Below are positions 40,701 to 54,927 of a stretch of 64,000 nt of DNA, piece after piece. Source of the DNA: Epiperipatus broadwayi. Lineage: Eukaryota; Animalia; Onychophora. Positions within the stretch are counted from its first letter, which is position 1; every line of letters begins with the position of its first letter. The stretch covers positions 24,614,001 through 24,678,000 of the forward strand of contig JAQFVV010000003.1 of assembly GCA_028023455.1 (NCBI GenBank), in the 5' to 3' direction. Both the position numbers and the translations under genes were made by a program. Under the pieces are notes generated by a model. It worked only from the letters and a program-made list of their open reading frames with translations. It ran no database searches and had not been told where the DNA came from.

Positions 40701-41621
40701 GCTGTGATCTTTTTCCCCATTAGCCCTAGATGCTTTCTCCAAAAAATCTACTTTGCTACAGTCTGTACAATGCTCTTTATTAAATCTATATTTCCTTGCC
40801 ATGTGTCTTTTTTTGTACAACAATAGCAAACAATTTCCTTCGTCTTGCTCTTAGCAGATTGATATTTATTTTCAGTTTATCATTTGAATGCACTACATCT
40901 GTTATAATTAGTGAAATTCCGAAACTTCTTTGATTGGTTTATCACGATCTCATGGGCTACTCTCATTTTGATTACCTCCTTGTATGTCAAGTTTCTTGAG
41001 GCCAGTAACTGCTGTCTAAGCCTATTATTGGACATGCCTCAAAGTAATTGTTCGAGTAGATTATCCTCTAATTATCATCATAATTACAACTCTTGGCAGG
41101 TTTCCTCACTGTTTGATCATAATCACCTATGTGTTCCCCATTATTTTACTGTCTATTCCTAAATTATAGCCATGCTACATGCTTGGGGCTAAAATCATTA
41201 TTTAGTTTTCAACTACTACTTTGTACGGCAATTTCTCTAATTTTTTTGTGATGGCAAAGTCTATTTGTGATTTCTATCACCTATTTGCCCGACATAATAT
41301 AATGTGGCTTAATGGGATCACTGACAGTCACATTAATAAAAAAAAAAATTTTCGATTCTCTTAAGATAAATTGACCAATCAACAGGACTATTAACATTAA
41401 ACTCATTCATTGTCACTTGCAACACAGCCGTCAACTATCTAATGTAAATTAATAACTTCTAAATAAAATAAAATTTTTTCCCCACGATTACTAAATTACT
41501 TCCCAATAAACTGACTTATCCATCCAGTTTAACCGTATGCCTACATAGTTTTAGCTACTGATCAAAATCCTATCTTTGACTACTACTAGACAAATTACAG
41601 TTCAATTTCGATCCTGTAACA

Positions 41622-41631
41622 GACTGCGCCA
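41622..41631 (-). promoter_or_regulatory. Primer-binding site, probably tRNA-Ser
   Basis: TGGCGCAGTC lies 6 nt after the 5' LTR and is complementary to a ...GACUGCG-CCA tRNA 3' end (Ser type, from recall). Confidence 0.65.
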
Positions 41632-41637
41632 GTTTTC

Positions 41638-42187
41638 TGCTACATACAGCTACCATGAATGCTACAGTCATGGTAAAGTTGGATAGACAATCAGAAACAA
41701 AATTAATTTGAAACAGTTTTTTAAAACTAAAATTTGCAATAGTAAAAATTAAATCAACAGTGCTTAATATACGTTACAATTTATATTGTTACAATTCAAT
41801 ATTAAAATTACTACTTACGAATGTACAGCCATAAGGCGTAAATTAAAACATAATAAATCTGATGTGGCCTGTATAGTCTGTAGGTCCACTTTTGCATCTT
41901 CAGTGGTGGAATTCACTGAGTCACTTCGCAGTCCTTCTTACACTCTGCCATTTTATATCTTTCAGCTCCAACGATGCGAGTGCATAGATTAGACCTCTAT
42001 TCTTATCTGTGAGCTTTTATATCTTCCTAATGATAGTGGACTGTTCTAGAACATAATTAATTGTTATTGTTCTTTATCTTTTTAAGTAATCATTTTCTAA
42101 TCTGGAACTGCTTATCACCATTTTCCTAATACTTTAGTTCTTTTAACTTTAGCACGTATTTTATTTCTCATTACATTATCTCTTACA
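41638..42187 (-). repeat. 5' LTR of the Gypsy element
   Basis: Reads TGTAAGAG...TAGCA on the minus strand and aligns with 37232-37783 at roughly 80% by eye. Confidence 0.85.
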
Positions 42188-42321
42188 TTCTAAATATATA
42201 TACTGTGTATATATATATAAATACTTACAACCATTATATGTCTGTATTTTTAAATCATATAATAATAATTCAAACAAATATATTTAACACGGTATTCAAA
42301 ATTAAATAATATATTCTTTAC

Positions 42322-42364
42322 CAGAAGTACTTTCAATTGTTTCACTGACAATCTTTATCAACTA
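42322..42364 (-). ncRNA. Candidate minimal hammerhead ribozyme (U3-A8 core, palindromic helix III)
   Basis: The minus strand reads UAG-UUGAUAA-A-GAUUGU-CAGUGAA-ACAAUU-GAAA-GUAC-UU-CUG. Helix I is weak (3 bp). Confidence 0.45.
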
Positions 42365-42802
42365 TTAATACAAACGTACAAAAAATAAAAACTTGCATTA
42401 CCCATCATTCAATCTATTCAAATTTCCCACAATTCTGTTGTCTTTATATTAGCCGATTGCTTATTCATTAAACCACCTCTATTCCTAGATATCATCATTG
42501 CCTCTTTAATTTTATGTTTTTCACTACACTTTTCAATTTGAATAATTTTTATATCTCAATTATTAAATTTAAAACCACAATTACATGTGATATTATGATC
42601 AAATATAATTGATGGAGTATTCATATTTACTGAAGATATTTTCTTTCTGTACACATTTATATAATGTCTTTTGATCATTATATCGTTTTTGTAATGTACA
42701 TTTGGATTCCCCTATATATTTTATTCCACAACCGCATTCCAACATATATATAACAGAACTTAATTCAAACTTAGAAATCTTGGCTCTGGAGTTATTTATC
42801 AT
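42322..42802 (-). mobile_element. Penelope-like element 3' remnant (GIY-YIG endonuclease pseudogene)
   Basis: VIYMLECGCGIKYIGES, and after a frameshift KIKEAMMISRN...ELWEI with a stop at 42418-42420. Confidence 0.8.
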
Positions 42803-43312
42803 ATCATTTATATATATATATATATAGCACTAAATATCTATATAGTACTTAGCAATATCATTAGCATTAAAATTCAAAGTAGCTTTATATTAAAAACTGA
42901 TCTTTAGAGTAAACATTGCATTAGAAAGATTATATCTTCTCAATGCATATGTATGTTTCAACAGGTTAACTGCTGATTTCATAGTTGGCTAAAAAGATGT
43001 ACATGATTTTTACACACAATGCACTTATAATAATGCTATATATTACAATATACTTTGAGACCAGCAAAATCACAATTGCTATTTTTAAAACAAATTATGG
43101 GTTTTGAAGCAGGGGCATTTACATAACCGTTGTTGATTTTATCCAACATGTTTTAGTGCAATAAAGTGAATAGATTAATTAATGGAAATTCCTGTCATGT
43201 TAGTATTAAATGAAAAGATATTCTAATAGAGTAATTGCCATTTATATTATAAAGCTGTGCAATATTGAAAAATCTGTCAATATTTGTTAATTGGATTTTA
43301 TAATATATATAA

Positions 43313-43576
<264 letters not shown>

Positions 43577-44859
43577 TAGTTCAAAAAGTTTTATTGCACA
43601 ATTGATGTTTATCTATTTGTTTTATAAACAAATTTAATAATAATAACAATCATTACTTGTTGGAAAAAAGTGATGCTAGAAATGAGTATATAAATATTAA
43701 TTGTTGAATAAACTATAAAAGTTCAGTAGTGATTCCTTTTTTTATTGCATTTTCCAAATAAACTATTGATTACTGATAAAAAAAATTTTAATTTTAAAAG
43801 ACAAAACATTACCAGTCATGATTGATTTTAAAGTTGATTAGTATTGGAGAAAGGAAAAGGATTTCTAGATAAATACTATTAATTCAGCCATACAAAGTGA
43901 AAAGTTTATATAAAGACTAACAGATTACTTTATGTTGAGTGAGAGCAGAATGATTATTTGTAATAGTAGAGTCATTTAGCTTTTATCATGAATAGTAGTA
44001 TTAGAAAAGATGAAAAATGTTGTTGCTAACATGATTAATGGAATTTTATCTCTATATTCTAATCATCCCATTGAATTTAATCTTAGTGCTAGTATTTGTT
44101 CAGTCTTTCATGGTATTAGTTATCACTTCGTAATTTAGTATCATTAAGATATACATTTCCTAAAATATATTAAAGTAAACCATAAGGCCCAGTATCCTTA
44201 GAAATATGATCTCTTCCATCAATGACTTAATAATATCCAATTATAATAAAATTGATTAAAATATTTTAATATTTACACTTTTGTTTTTATATTTTTACTA
44301 TTTTTTTTAATATAATTCTATAATAATTCATCACATTGTAATATCATATTTCTGCTTATGCAATCAACATATCATTTAAATTAATTAATAGGAGCTAAAT
44401 ACTCATTTCCCACCAATTCCAAATTATTAACTGAGTTAAGGGCCAGCAACTTGAAAGAAAAAATTTGATACCTCGTGACACAAAACAAATTAAATTTCAC
44501 TTGGCCCTAACTCAACTATTTGGTCATAAATATATCTGTTAGAACATGTGCTTTAATCATTATTCATAGGGTTTTTTATAATGAGTGTTTCCTAGAGATA
44601 TAGTATTTATGTATATTAAATATATTCATTTAGTAGTGACAAAAGTCTTGCTTCGGTCATTCATCTATAGCTGATCAGTTATTAGGTGTTTGTTATGTTT
44701 GTTTTCTCAAATATTTCCATCCTAAGCATCACTTTTACTAATTATTCTTTCACTGATATAATTTATAACAATTATAACAGCAGCAACACATGGATATCCA
44801 TTTTTTTTTATACCAGTAAATATATATGTTCTAATAGGTGTTACATGATATGACACACA

Positions 44860-45975
44860 TTTATTCTCAAATTCTCTCATGACATCTATTAACAAATAGA
44901 TATTCTTAAATGAACATCAACTAAACTCAAAATGTATATATATAAAACACAAATAACTTTCCTATAATACATTTAAAAAGTCATTCAACTTTAGTATCAA
45001 AGGAAGTTCTTATAAGATTGATGGACTTGGATTCCAGAAGATTTAGCAGCAGTTACTTTAATTCTTTTTAATGCATTTTTTTTTTTTTTGTAAAAGATAA
45101 TCTCTGAATTGTCAAATAATATTTTATGACCTGTATTCAATTGATGGATATACAAAGCCAAATTATGACACCTATTTTTAACTCATATGAATTCTTTCAT
45201 TAAGTTTTAATTTAGTTTGAACTATATAAATTTTACATCAACTGCAAGTAATCTTATAAACTATACCAGGAACATATTTCTCATTAATAAGCTGTTTTGA
45301 AATATTTAATAATATATTTAAATCGAGGCCTTTATTCCAAGCAAGTTTCATATCACCCAATAAATGATTATTCTTATAAACTAATATATAAATTGATGAT
45401 TTAGATACATTTTTTGTTCTCATTAACATTACATTTTTTTTTTAGTATATAAGCTTATAATGATAATTTATTAGGTGATGTGAAAGTTACTTGGAAGAAA
45501 GCCCTTAATTTAACTATATTATTAAATGATTTAAAATAATCTGTATCCCTGGTATAGTTTATAAAATTCCCTGTAGTTGCTGTAAAATTGATATAATTCA
45601 AAGTAAATAATTCTTAATAAAATAGTTTATAAGAATTAAAATTAGTCATCGTAACTTGGCTTTGTATATTTATGAACTGACTACAGGTCATAAAATATTA
45701 TTTGACAACGCGGAAGTTATCTTTTATGAAAAAATGAATTAAAAAAAAAAGTTTCTTTCTTCCTTTGATATTAAAGGTGGATGTTTTTTAAATGAATTAT
45801 GGGAAGGTGATTTCTGTTTTATATATTTATATGTTGTGTGTTTAGTTAATTTTTACTCAACAAAGTATTTGTTAATAGATGAAACCATTGAGAGAGAATT
45901 TTAATATAAATTTATTTTGCTAGTATTTAATGTTATATGATTTTCTATTTTATTTATTACTAGCATGACATTGGC
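44860..45975. repeat. Foldback element of about 1.1 kb, diverged
   Basis: ttgtcaaataatattttatgacctgta / tacaggtcataaaatattatttgacaa and ttataaactataccaggaa / tccctggtatagtttataa are inverted. The outer arm is shared with the hairpin at 23.3-23.6 kb. Confidence 0.75.
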
Positions 45976-47204
45976 TGGTATTTGATATATATAAATTTTA
46001 TATGTAGTGAGATGCATTATACTGCTTATAAATGCAAGAAAGATATTCGCTTTATTATACGCTTTTATTTAACACATTCTGCTTTTTTTGTCCATCTGTC
46101 TGTCTATTAAATCTTGTAATTCACTTTTCACCCACTTGCTAATTTCCAATCTAATTGAAATATGTATTCATGATGACTACAGTTTTTTTGAATTTACAAA
46201 TAATTTTAGCAAAAAAACAAAAAGGAAAAAATTAAAAATTTTAATATATGGGATTTAATGCTTTCTGTGACACTATCATCTAGTGATATTATTAGAGAAA
46301 AATAAAAAAGTAAATAAATTAAAAAGAAATAATAATTAAAATATAATACTATTCTATATAGCAAAGTTATAGTTTCCTAAACAAAATAATGATTAAGAAT
46401 AGTTATCTGGGAGAAATAAGCTAACTGTAATGAAAGCCAACTTATGTTATGATTTTAAGAATTCTTTGCAATATATATGTATGTCCTACTTTATTTGTAA
46501 AATTGTAAACTTTGTTAAGACTTCATTATTTTTTCAATGTCATTATAGTATCATTAAATGGGGCATAATATGTCTTAGAAAATAATCAATGAAAAAGATG
46601 TCATCTTAAGTTTATGAATTGATCTTTTAAATTAAACTTTTATTAATTTTACTCAAGTAACCAAAAGTAGTTATATTTATTTACTAAATAGATGCATTTA
46701 AAAAATTGGTTTGGTATTAAAAAATAACTTTAAATTTGTCAATAAATTTTTTATTTTAGTTCTCTAGTTTTTAAAAACTAGAAAATAAAATGTATATATA
46801 AAAAAACTTTTCAAAGAAATGCTTTTATTCACATAAATATGCTAAAAAGTTACAGTTTCTTGATATTATGTGATCAAAAATAAAATGTGTGGCACTCATG
46901 TTCTCAAACAGTCTAAGAATATTTGTAAATACGATCACCACACATTTTTATTTTGGTTGCATTATATCAGGAATACTATAAAAACTGAAGAAATTTTATT
47001 TTTTAGTACATTTATGAAAAACTTCTTCAAAAAAAATTTTTTTTATATATTTTTTATTGCATTGAATGAAAACAAATAATAATTAAAGGAAAAGAAATTA
47101 AATGATCATTTTTACTAACACACGAATTTTGTCACAATCTCTTAACATGAAAAAGTTTATTTGGGCTATAAAAATTCACATCTATATTTGCTTTATTTTT
47201 TTAG

Positions 47205-47429
<225 letters not shown>

Positions 47430-48321
47430 TAGTATAGGAAATTTTGTGGGTCAGTAAATATTTTGTCCATCAGGGAATTTTTAATCATAAAAACAACACA
47501 GAAAATTATCTTATTTCAAAAATGAGAATAAAAATATTATATCATAAATAAACTAGACTCAGCAATTAGTCTAATGTGATCATCCAGAAGATTTGTCATT
47601 TATACATGGCCGCATTATTATTGAAACATCACATCAATTTGCTTTCAAAAAAACTATTCAGATTTTTGATTACTTGGCAATTTTATTTGAAAATTCTTAT
47701 TGGAAAAATGATGTAGTATTCATAATTATAATGTAATTGACATATACTATTATTATTTTTATTGATGTACTTCTCTGAATCTGTTTCCCATTAAGTGAAT
47801 CAAGGCTTTTTTTTTCCTCACTTAAAAATGCATACAGCAAACAAAATTAAATAATAGTATACTTATAAAACAGTGGACAATTGGTAAAATAAATATATTT
47901 TTTTAATCCATAAAATATAATGATAGACAGATATAAAAATAAATTTATCATTATGTTTTTTATTTAGATAATGATTAATCTAAGATTAAAATTTTTAGAT
48001 ATCATAATTGCTAATTTCTGAAAATTAATTACATTGTTTCTTTTTTAGAAATTAGCAATTACCCTAATATCTAAAAGAATCGTAATTTAATTACCAGATA
48101 AATGGAAAGTATATTAATTATTTTGTAAATATAAACCCTCAAAATAATTTGCATACTTGATTGTTTTTAAATTCTGGTTTATTATTTGAACCATTTATTT
48201 TTATATCAAGTTTTCATCTTTTATGATCACTTTCAATTATAAATAATTAAACAAGAATTACCAGATAAAGGTAAATGTACAAAAAAAAAAAAAAAGTAAA
48301 TATTTGTAAATAGTTACTTGA

Positions 48322-48667
48322 TATTTGTCTGAAGGTTTGTAATGATGGTATATTATAAGATGTGATATGTTGGACTATTTCCATCATTTATGAGTGAATG
48401 TTGAATGTATAGAAAATTTTAAACTTTATTTAAACTGTCAACTTGTTAGTAACCTGTATTGTCTATTTGTGTGCTATTACTAATAAGTTGTTTGTATTTG
48501 GAAAGTTTAAAATTTTCTATAGTGTAATTACTAACCTGTATTGTGTATTTGTGTGTTATTACTAACAAGTTGTTTGTATTTGGAAAGTTTAAATAAAGTT
48601 TAAAATTTTCTATACATTCAACATTCACTCATAAATGATGGAAGTAATCCAACATCTCACATCTTAA
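48322..48667. mobile_element. Asymmetric foldback element, copy 2 (internal tandem duplication of about 80 bp)
   Basis: Homologous to 6987-7257 including the unique left segment. Flanked by TTACTTGA at 48314-48321 and 48668-48675. Confidence 0.75.
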
Positions 48668-50327
48668 TTACTTGATAGTTTAAGAAACAAAATATTCAGA
48701 AAAATTTACGATGTAAAAAAAACTTTATAATAAAAGAATATAAATTATATATATAATGATGGAAGCAACAACAATATATATATATATATATAAAAGAATG
48801 TAAAAGTATGTAGTATAAAAAAATAAATTTTTATCAGGTTGATGATATTATTTATAAAATATAATAAAGGGATCTTAGATATTACATAATATATTATAAA
48901 TATCTATATATTTTTAGGAATAATCCTTGAAAATGGCCATAAAAGATAATCAAAATGTAGGAGGGAGATTATAATACAATATACATAAGGATGTAAAAAA
49001 CAAGTGATTCACATAATAAACCAGGATTTAAAAAGAACTAAGTGTGTAGAACATTTTATGCATTAAAAGTAATGAATCACTTTGGAAGATAAAAAGAGAG
49101 AAATATTTATAAATAATAAAGTACTAATTTATTTATTCAAATAGTATAAATGTCATTTAATTATATTTAAACATAAATGTTTAATAAGACTAGTTATATT
49201 TAAAAATAAATGTTTAATAATAATAATGAAAGATATGATACATTTTCATCATTTAAAAGTATTCGTAATTTTTTTAATCACAACTACTATACATAGCTGC
49301 TATTTAGTTAATAACACAAAAATATGTATACAGTATATAAATTAAAAAAATGGTCAGAGATAGGCAAAGTGATATAATCAGATAACTGAGGAATAATCTG
49401 AATGGCATTAGACAGATGTTAATGAACATGTGTTTAGTGAGGGCACATAATTTAAAAGTACTATTATAGCAAATAGCCTTTCACTAGCTGTTATTGTAAG
49501 ATGCTACTTTCTACTTCTGTATGCTAATATAGTAGGAATTTAATAACAAATCATTTAATTTTCGAGCTATATAACTCAACAAAATCAGTGTTCTACTTTA
49601 ATGCCATCTATAGTAAGATTGATTAATCAGTAATTACCACATTATAATGTGTTTAAATCTTTAGATCAATTTCTGTTTTTTGCCTTTATCAATGAGGCTT
49701 GTAATTAACAGTTAAATGCTGCAACAGTTCTGCATCTGGAAAACACATTTAATTCTATTTTACTGTTCAATCTAATCTAGAATTCAAAAAAGATTTTGAA
49801 TCCAAGCTAATCAAATTTGTCTAAATAGTTATATGGATATAACCTTGAGTCAGTAACTATATATTCTAGTACTTCAATTTTTTATTAACTATAGGCGTAT
49901 TTTCCTTTCTGACATGGAATGTTAACAAGTAATTTAATTCTTTAGCTTAAAGAATATATGGTAAAACAAAATTATTTCATATCTCCAGCTTGATAAGTCA
50001 ATGATTATCAAATATTACTAAAGAGCTGCTTTTATTTTATCATAATCTCAACTTTCTTTGAAAGTCAATGACAGTGATGGTTCATCTTAGAAGTATTACG
50101 CTATTTTAATATAGGTAAAATTTTTCGCTCTGGCAAATATATATCCTGATTTAATGTATTGTTGTTTATTATTGGTTTTATTTTATCCTTCTTTTCTGTC
50201 TACAAAAAAAAAAAATTACATTAGTTTAAATGAAAAAGCAGTTCAAATTGGTAACTAAAGAGACTAACGATATTTACTATTTTTTTATTTTTGTTGATTT
50301 TTGGCTTACTTACTCTATATATTATAG

Positions 50328-50402
50328 GTTGATTTGAGTGAACCAATCTTATCGCGTTTTGATGTTTTATGTGTTATCAGAGATACTGTTGATCCTGTTC
50401 AG
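50328..50402 (+). CDS. MCM2: MCM2 exon with arginine finger ([25 protein letters not shown])
   Basis: Acceptor atag ending at 50327 and donor gtaatt at 50403. It carries the SRFD motif. Confidence 0.96.
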
Positions 50403-50497
50403 GTAATTCTATTTATTTTTAATTATATCTTTAACATGAAGTAGTATCATTGTGATAAATTCATTTATATAGAAAGTAAATGTGTATTATGTTTTAG

Positions 50498-50584
50498 GAT
50501 GAACATTTGGCAAAATTTGTTGTTGAAAGTCATATACGACATCATCCTTCTAATATTGATCAAAATGTTGAGACTTCTTTGGTG
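50498..50584 (+). CDS. MCM2: MCM2 exon (DEHLAKFVVESHIRHHPSNIDQNVETSLV); last exon found in the window
   Basis: Acceptor ttag ending at 50497 and donor gtaagt at 50585. C-terminal exons were not found by eye before 64000. Confidence 0.92.
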
Positions 50585-52775
50585 GTAAGTAATGAATGAG
50601 AATTTTATTAGATATATATAAAGAAGCTTTTGACAGATTTATTTTATGAGTGTTTATTTAAATATGAGTAATTATTTGTGAAAGTGAATTAAATTTGATT
50701 TTAAAAAAGTCGAAATTCTATTTCTGAAAATTGTCTTTCTTTTATATTAAAAAGTATTAAGAAAATAAATATGAGTTGTCCATAAAGATATGCTTTTAAT
50801 CATGTAAAGGATCCATTACAATTGATGGTGTAGCTCAAAATTAAGATGTTTTAGAGTAAATTGTGTTAAAGGAGTAGTAAGAAATAGAAAAAAAAACACC
50901 GATTTGAATCAAATATTGCTTGTCATAATATTTTTTTTCTTAGTTACCTCTTTCTGCCTTCAAAAGAGAGCATGTTTTCAGAGCAATTCTCGCCTCTCTT
51001 CAGAGCTATCTATTGTAGACTTGAATAATCAGTAGACATAAGTGGTAGATAAATAAATGTATAGTTGTAGTTTTAAATCCAATATCCTCATTAACAAGGC
51101 TATATGTCAGAAGGTGATATGGAGATATTTAGGTATAATATCAATACCATTTGTATCCATTGATTACTCAAGATTACAATAGCTGGATCTACAATAAAGA
51201 AAACTGATCCTGAAAGCTTTATACAAAGTTAGGGCTTTTGTGCATAGGTTATATACCCAGATAAGATACCTTCTTGACCAAGTAAAATATTCTCTCTGAA
51301 ACCATTATACAAATCATAAATTCCTTTATTTATTTCTTTTATTATCATCTTTCCATTTGCAATCACTATCTATAATTAAACATATCACTATTGAACTTAC
51401 ATAATAAAAAATTTACCGAAACATATTTTTCATGCGTGTTGAGTTTTTGAAAACGGAAAAGAATTTTATGGATATCCTGAGTTTATGTATAAATATATAT
51501 AGATAATGACTTGATTTTAGATACATTGAAAAATATATTTGAAAGATTTTTTAAATTTTCACATTACATGTTCTCATACTGCACAGATATGCGGAAAAAA
51601 AAATATATATAGGAAGCTATAAAGCTTTTTCATTGCTTTATATTTGTGAATTAATGATTAGGAAATTATTTCCTAAATTCTATTTGATTAAATGGTTTTT
51701 GTCAATAATTGTAATGCATTTGGCTTTCGTGTGAAAAATAAGTTCTAATTAGTATACGTAAAAACATAGGCACTCAGAGTTTTATTATAATACCCTAGAT
51801 AATTTTTAATTCAGGCTACATTGAATTAAAAAGTATGGTCAAAGTTGCAAACTCAAAATTGGTCATTTATTTGAAAAAAAAAATATTACAAAAATATTAC
51901 TTTATATTAGCATGTTTGTTAAAATTGATGATTTTAAAGAATATTTCAAGTTGTTTAGAGGATTGTGCTAACAGTAGTTCTTTTACAAAATGTGTGTATA
52001 GCACAACTACTTAAAATTGAAGCAACAATGAATGTTCTATGACAAAAAGTTTCATTTCATTGTTTTATTTTTTTTTTTAAAAAAAAGAAAAACTACATAT
52101 TTCTTACGATACTAAGAACAAAATAATAATCCATATCACAAAAATCCTAACCAAAAGATGCTTTGAGTTAATCATACCTGCATATTGTTTGTTTTAATGG
52201 ATATTTCCTCAGTAAATCTTTCATATTACTTTAAACTATTTCCAAATCTCTTTATCTTTTGCTTTTCAAATATCCATTTCTATCTTTTTCAGCATTTTGG
52301 ACCAATTTAATTTTTTATTTTTTGTTTCCTGCTTCTACTGTCTAATGATTATCTTTATTTCTAAGAATATCTGCAATTAGTTTTTCTTATTTCATTTATT
52401 ATGTGTTCAAAATTCCTAATGTTATCCACCCAATCGTTTTTGTCCATTGAAGCAGCAACTGAGTAAGCCCCCAAGTCATTTTTCATTTTTTTCTGTTCCT
52501 TACAGAACTTCAGTCAGTTCATTTAACAAACTTTTTAAATTTGATTGGTAACAGTCAACTACTATAATAAGTCTACTTAGAATTTTTTCAAAATTTTTAC
52601 TTTTCTGATAAGCAGTTTTGAAAATAATGGAAAAATAATTTGTTGTTACAAAATTTTTTAGCATATGTGTGCATATAAACATACATTTACACAGTCCATG
52701 TACTCCTTATAAACATATATAAGCAAAAAGGAGCTATGGATTGGAGAAATTGAATTATACTTGGAGACAGAATTC

Positions 52776-52937
52776 ATTATATAAGTAATATTTACTAAGG
52801 CAACAAACCTAAAGCATGTGCAGTTGAAAATGCGAAGGTAGGAACCTCTACAAGTCTTAACCACAAGGTCCCTACCTTTGCATTTTCAACTGCACATGCT
52901 TTAGGTTTGTTGCCTTAGTAAATATTACTTATGTAAT
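52776..52937. repeat. Near-perfect 67-bp inverted repeat (hairpin/MITE)
   Basis: 52776-52842 pairs with 52871-52937 with two differences. Confidence 0.95.
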
Positions 52938-54927
52938 CAATGTGCGTTAAATAAATTTATAATTACAACTTTAAATTCATTATATAGTGAAATGCTAACA
53001 GTTGAAAATATTGATGATGGATTGTGATATATTTGCATCCTCTTAACACATTTTACAGTGTAACAATCAATTCATTCGTTCATCTATTCATAGCAATATT
53101 GATTTTTATAAAAATTAATTGTATAGGACTCAGTTTTCCAGTGTGTTTGTGGCATTTATATACAGTATAACATGTAATCTGAATGTGGATAATTTAAAGT
53201 TTTGATTAATACAAACATTTGAGATGTTTTTGTCATTTAGATTTTGCATATTTGGAAAAATATGATGTAAAAAGTTATATATACAAATTTTTTTCTCCTC
53301 AAAATATTTTTTGTTGCCGATGAAACTATTTTTGTGACACAAATATTATCATATATACTAAGATTTTTAGCCTTATTTTCTGTGGTTAATTTTGTTTTTT
53401 TAGATTGCTTTTGCTAAACATAACTTAAGAATATTCATTTTATCATTTATTAAAATAATTTTGTCACTTTGATCAGGTTAATTGCATTTAACACTTTTTT
53501 TGTTCTCTAATAATCAGAATAATTTTGATCACCTAGACTAATTTCTGTTTTAATTTTTTAGCATTTCAGTCTAAACAAGCCAATTTCTTTGCTTTTATGT
53601 GTAAATCTGATGAATCTATAATTATCTTCTGATTTAAAAAAAGTTTGTTGCAGAAATGAATAAAAATAAAAACTGAAAGATAATAAATAGTATTTCTTCA
53701 CCTAATTTCTCACCTCATTTGAAAAATAGATTTATAATCTGCTTTGACCAATAAAAGATCCATGCTTACAATACTGTAGCTTTTAGAATGTTTGTTAAAG
53801 CAAAACATTTATAATGATCTGTGTAAGCAAGTTTCTTAATTTTAGGAAAAATTAAAAAAATAAAATTCAGTTTAATATTTTTTAAGGACAAGAAACCGAA
53901 ATCAAAAAATAAGTAAAATCTAATTGGAACAAGATATGTCTGATAGAAAAAATTTGCTTTCATTAACATCTGAAATATTAAATCAGATTTTTAATTAGAT
54001 AAAAAAAAGAGAGTACTTGATTATATTGCTTACAATAATTTTATAAATTATTATAGAAGTAATTATAAAATTAGTTTGATTGGGTTACAAAAAATATATG
54101 TATACTTTTGTAAATTTTTAAGTTTTACCTTTTTTGGATTCCAACCTCACATAAAACTTGGACATTTTTTCCTTGCCCCCAACATGCTTAGAATTTTTTG
54201 AAATGTTGGCCCATGATGACTCATCTAGCCCATCAGTATTGGTTATAAAATGGATATCTAATTATTTTTAGACAGACATTTAAAACAAAGATAGAAAATT
54301 GTTTAATTCCTCACTATCCTTTACTAAGCCCCTATAGTAGATTTTTTTAAAGATTAATTGCTTTATTTTAAATTTGTATATGTAAATAGACACACACGCA
54401 TATAATAAATAAATAAAAAAAAAAAGATTTACTCAATTCAATGTTGTTGTTTTTTTCACTTTCAGAATAAAAAAAATTTATTGCACTTTTTAATAAACAA
54501 AAACAGTTCACAAAATGTTTTCACTTAGATTAAATTTATTCTTCTTCCAAGTTGTATACTAAAAAATTTTATCATTTTCAACAAATATTAATATATGGGA
54601 GGTGGGGATGAAATAATATTATATTTCTGATAATTTTATTTCAATAATGGTAATATTGAAACAGTAAATTTTTATTTCTAATATGAGAACTTCTAAACTA
54701 AACAATTAGTTTGATTAGAAACATTACAAATGAATTATAAATTCCCCCAAAACATAGTGGCATTACAAAATTTCTCTCATTTGATTCCAATGCTTGATTT
54801 AATAATATAAATTGTAAATAATAACAAACTGTAAACTTTACAAGCATAAAACTAAAATAGTCAATAAATAATTAAAATTACCCCAAATTCAAAATTCAAC
54901 CAGACTAGCCAAGAAAAAATAATTAAA

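Larger units (their letters stand above)
37232..42187 (-). mobile_element. Decayed Gypsy/Ty3 LTR retrotransposon (Mag/K02A2.6-like)
   Basis: Two LTRs of about 550 bp. Internal minus-strand remnants: protease region (GREWFEALGI), RT (HFAEINLRAVFHQIPV), RNase H (GEQPIVFASRTL), and integrase (TCENCQ; SPAEMIFGQKICTKL). The domain order is Gypsy-type. No TSD was confirmed. Confidence 0.9.
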
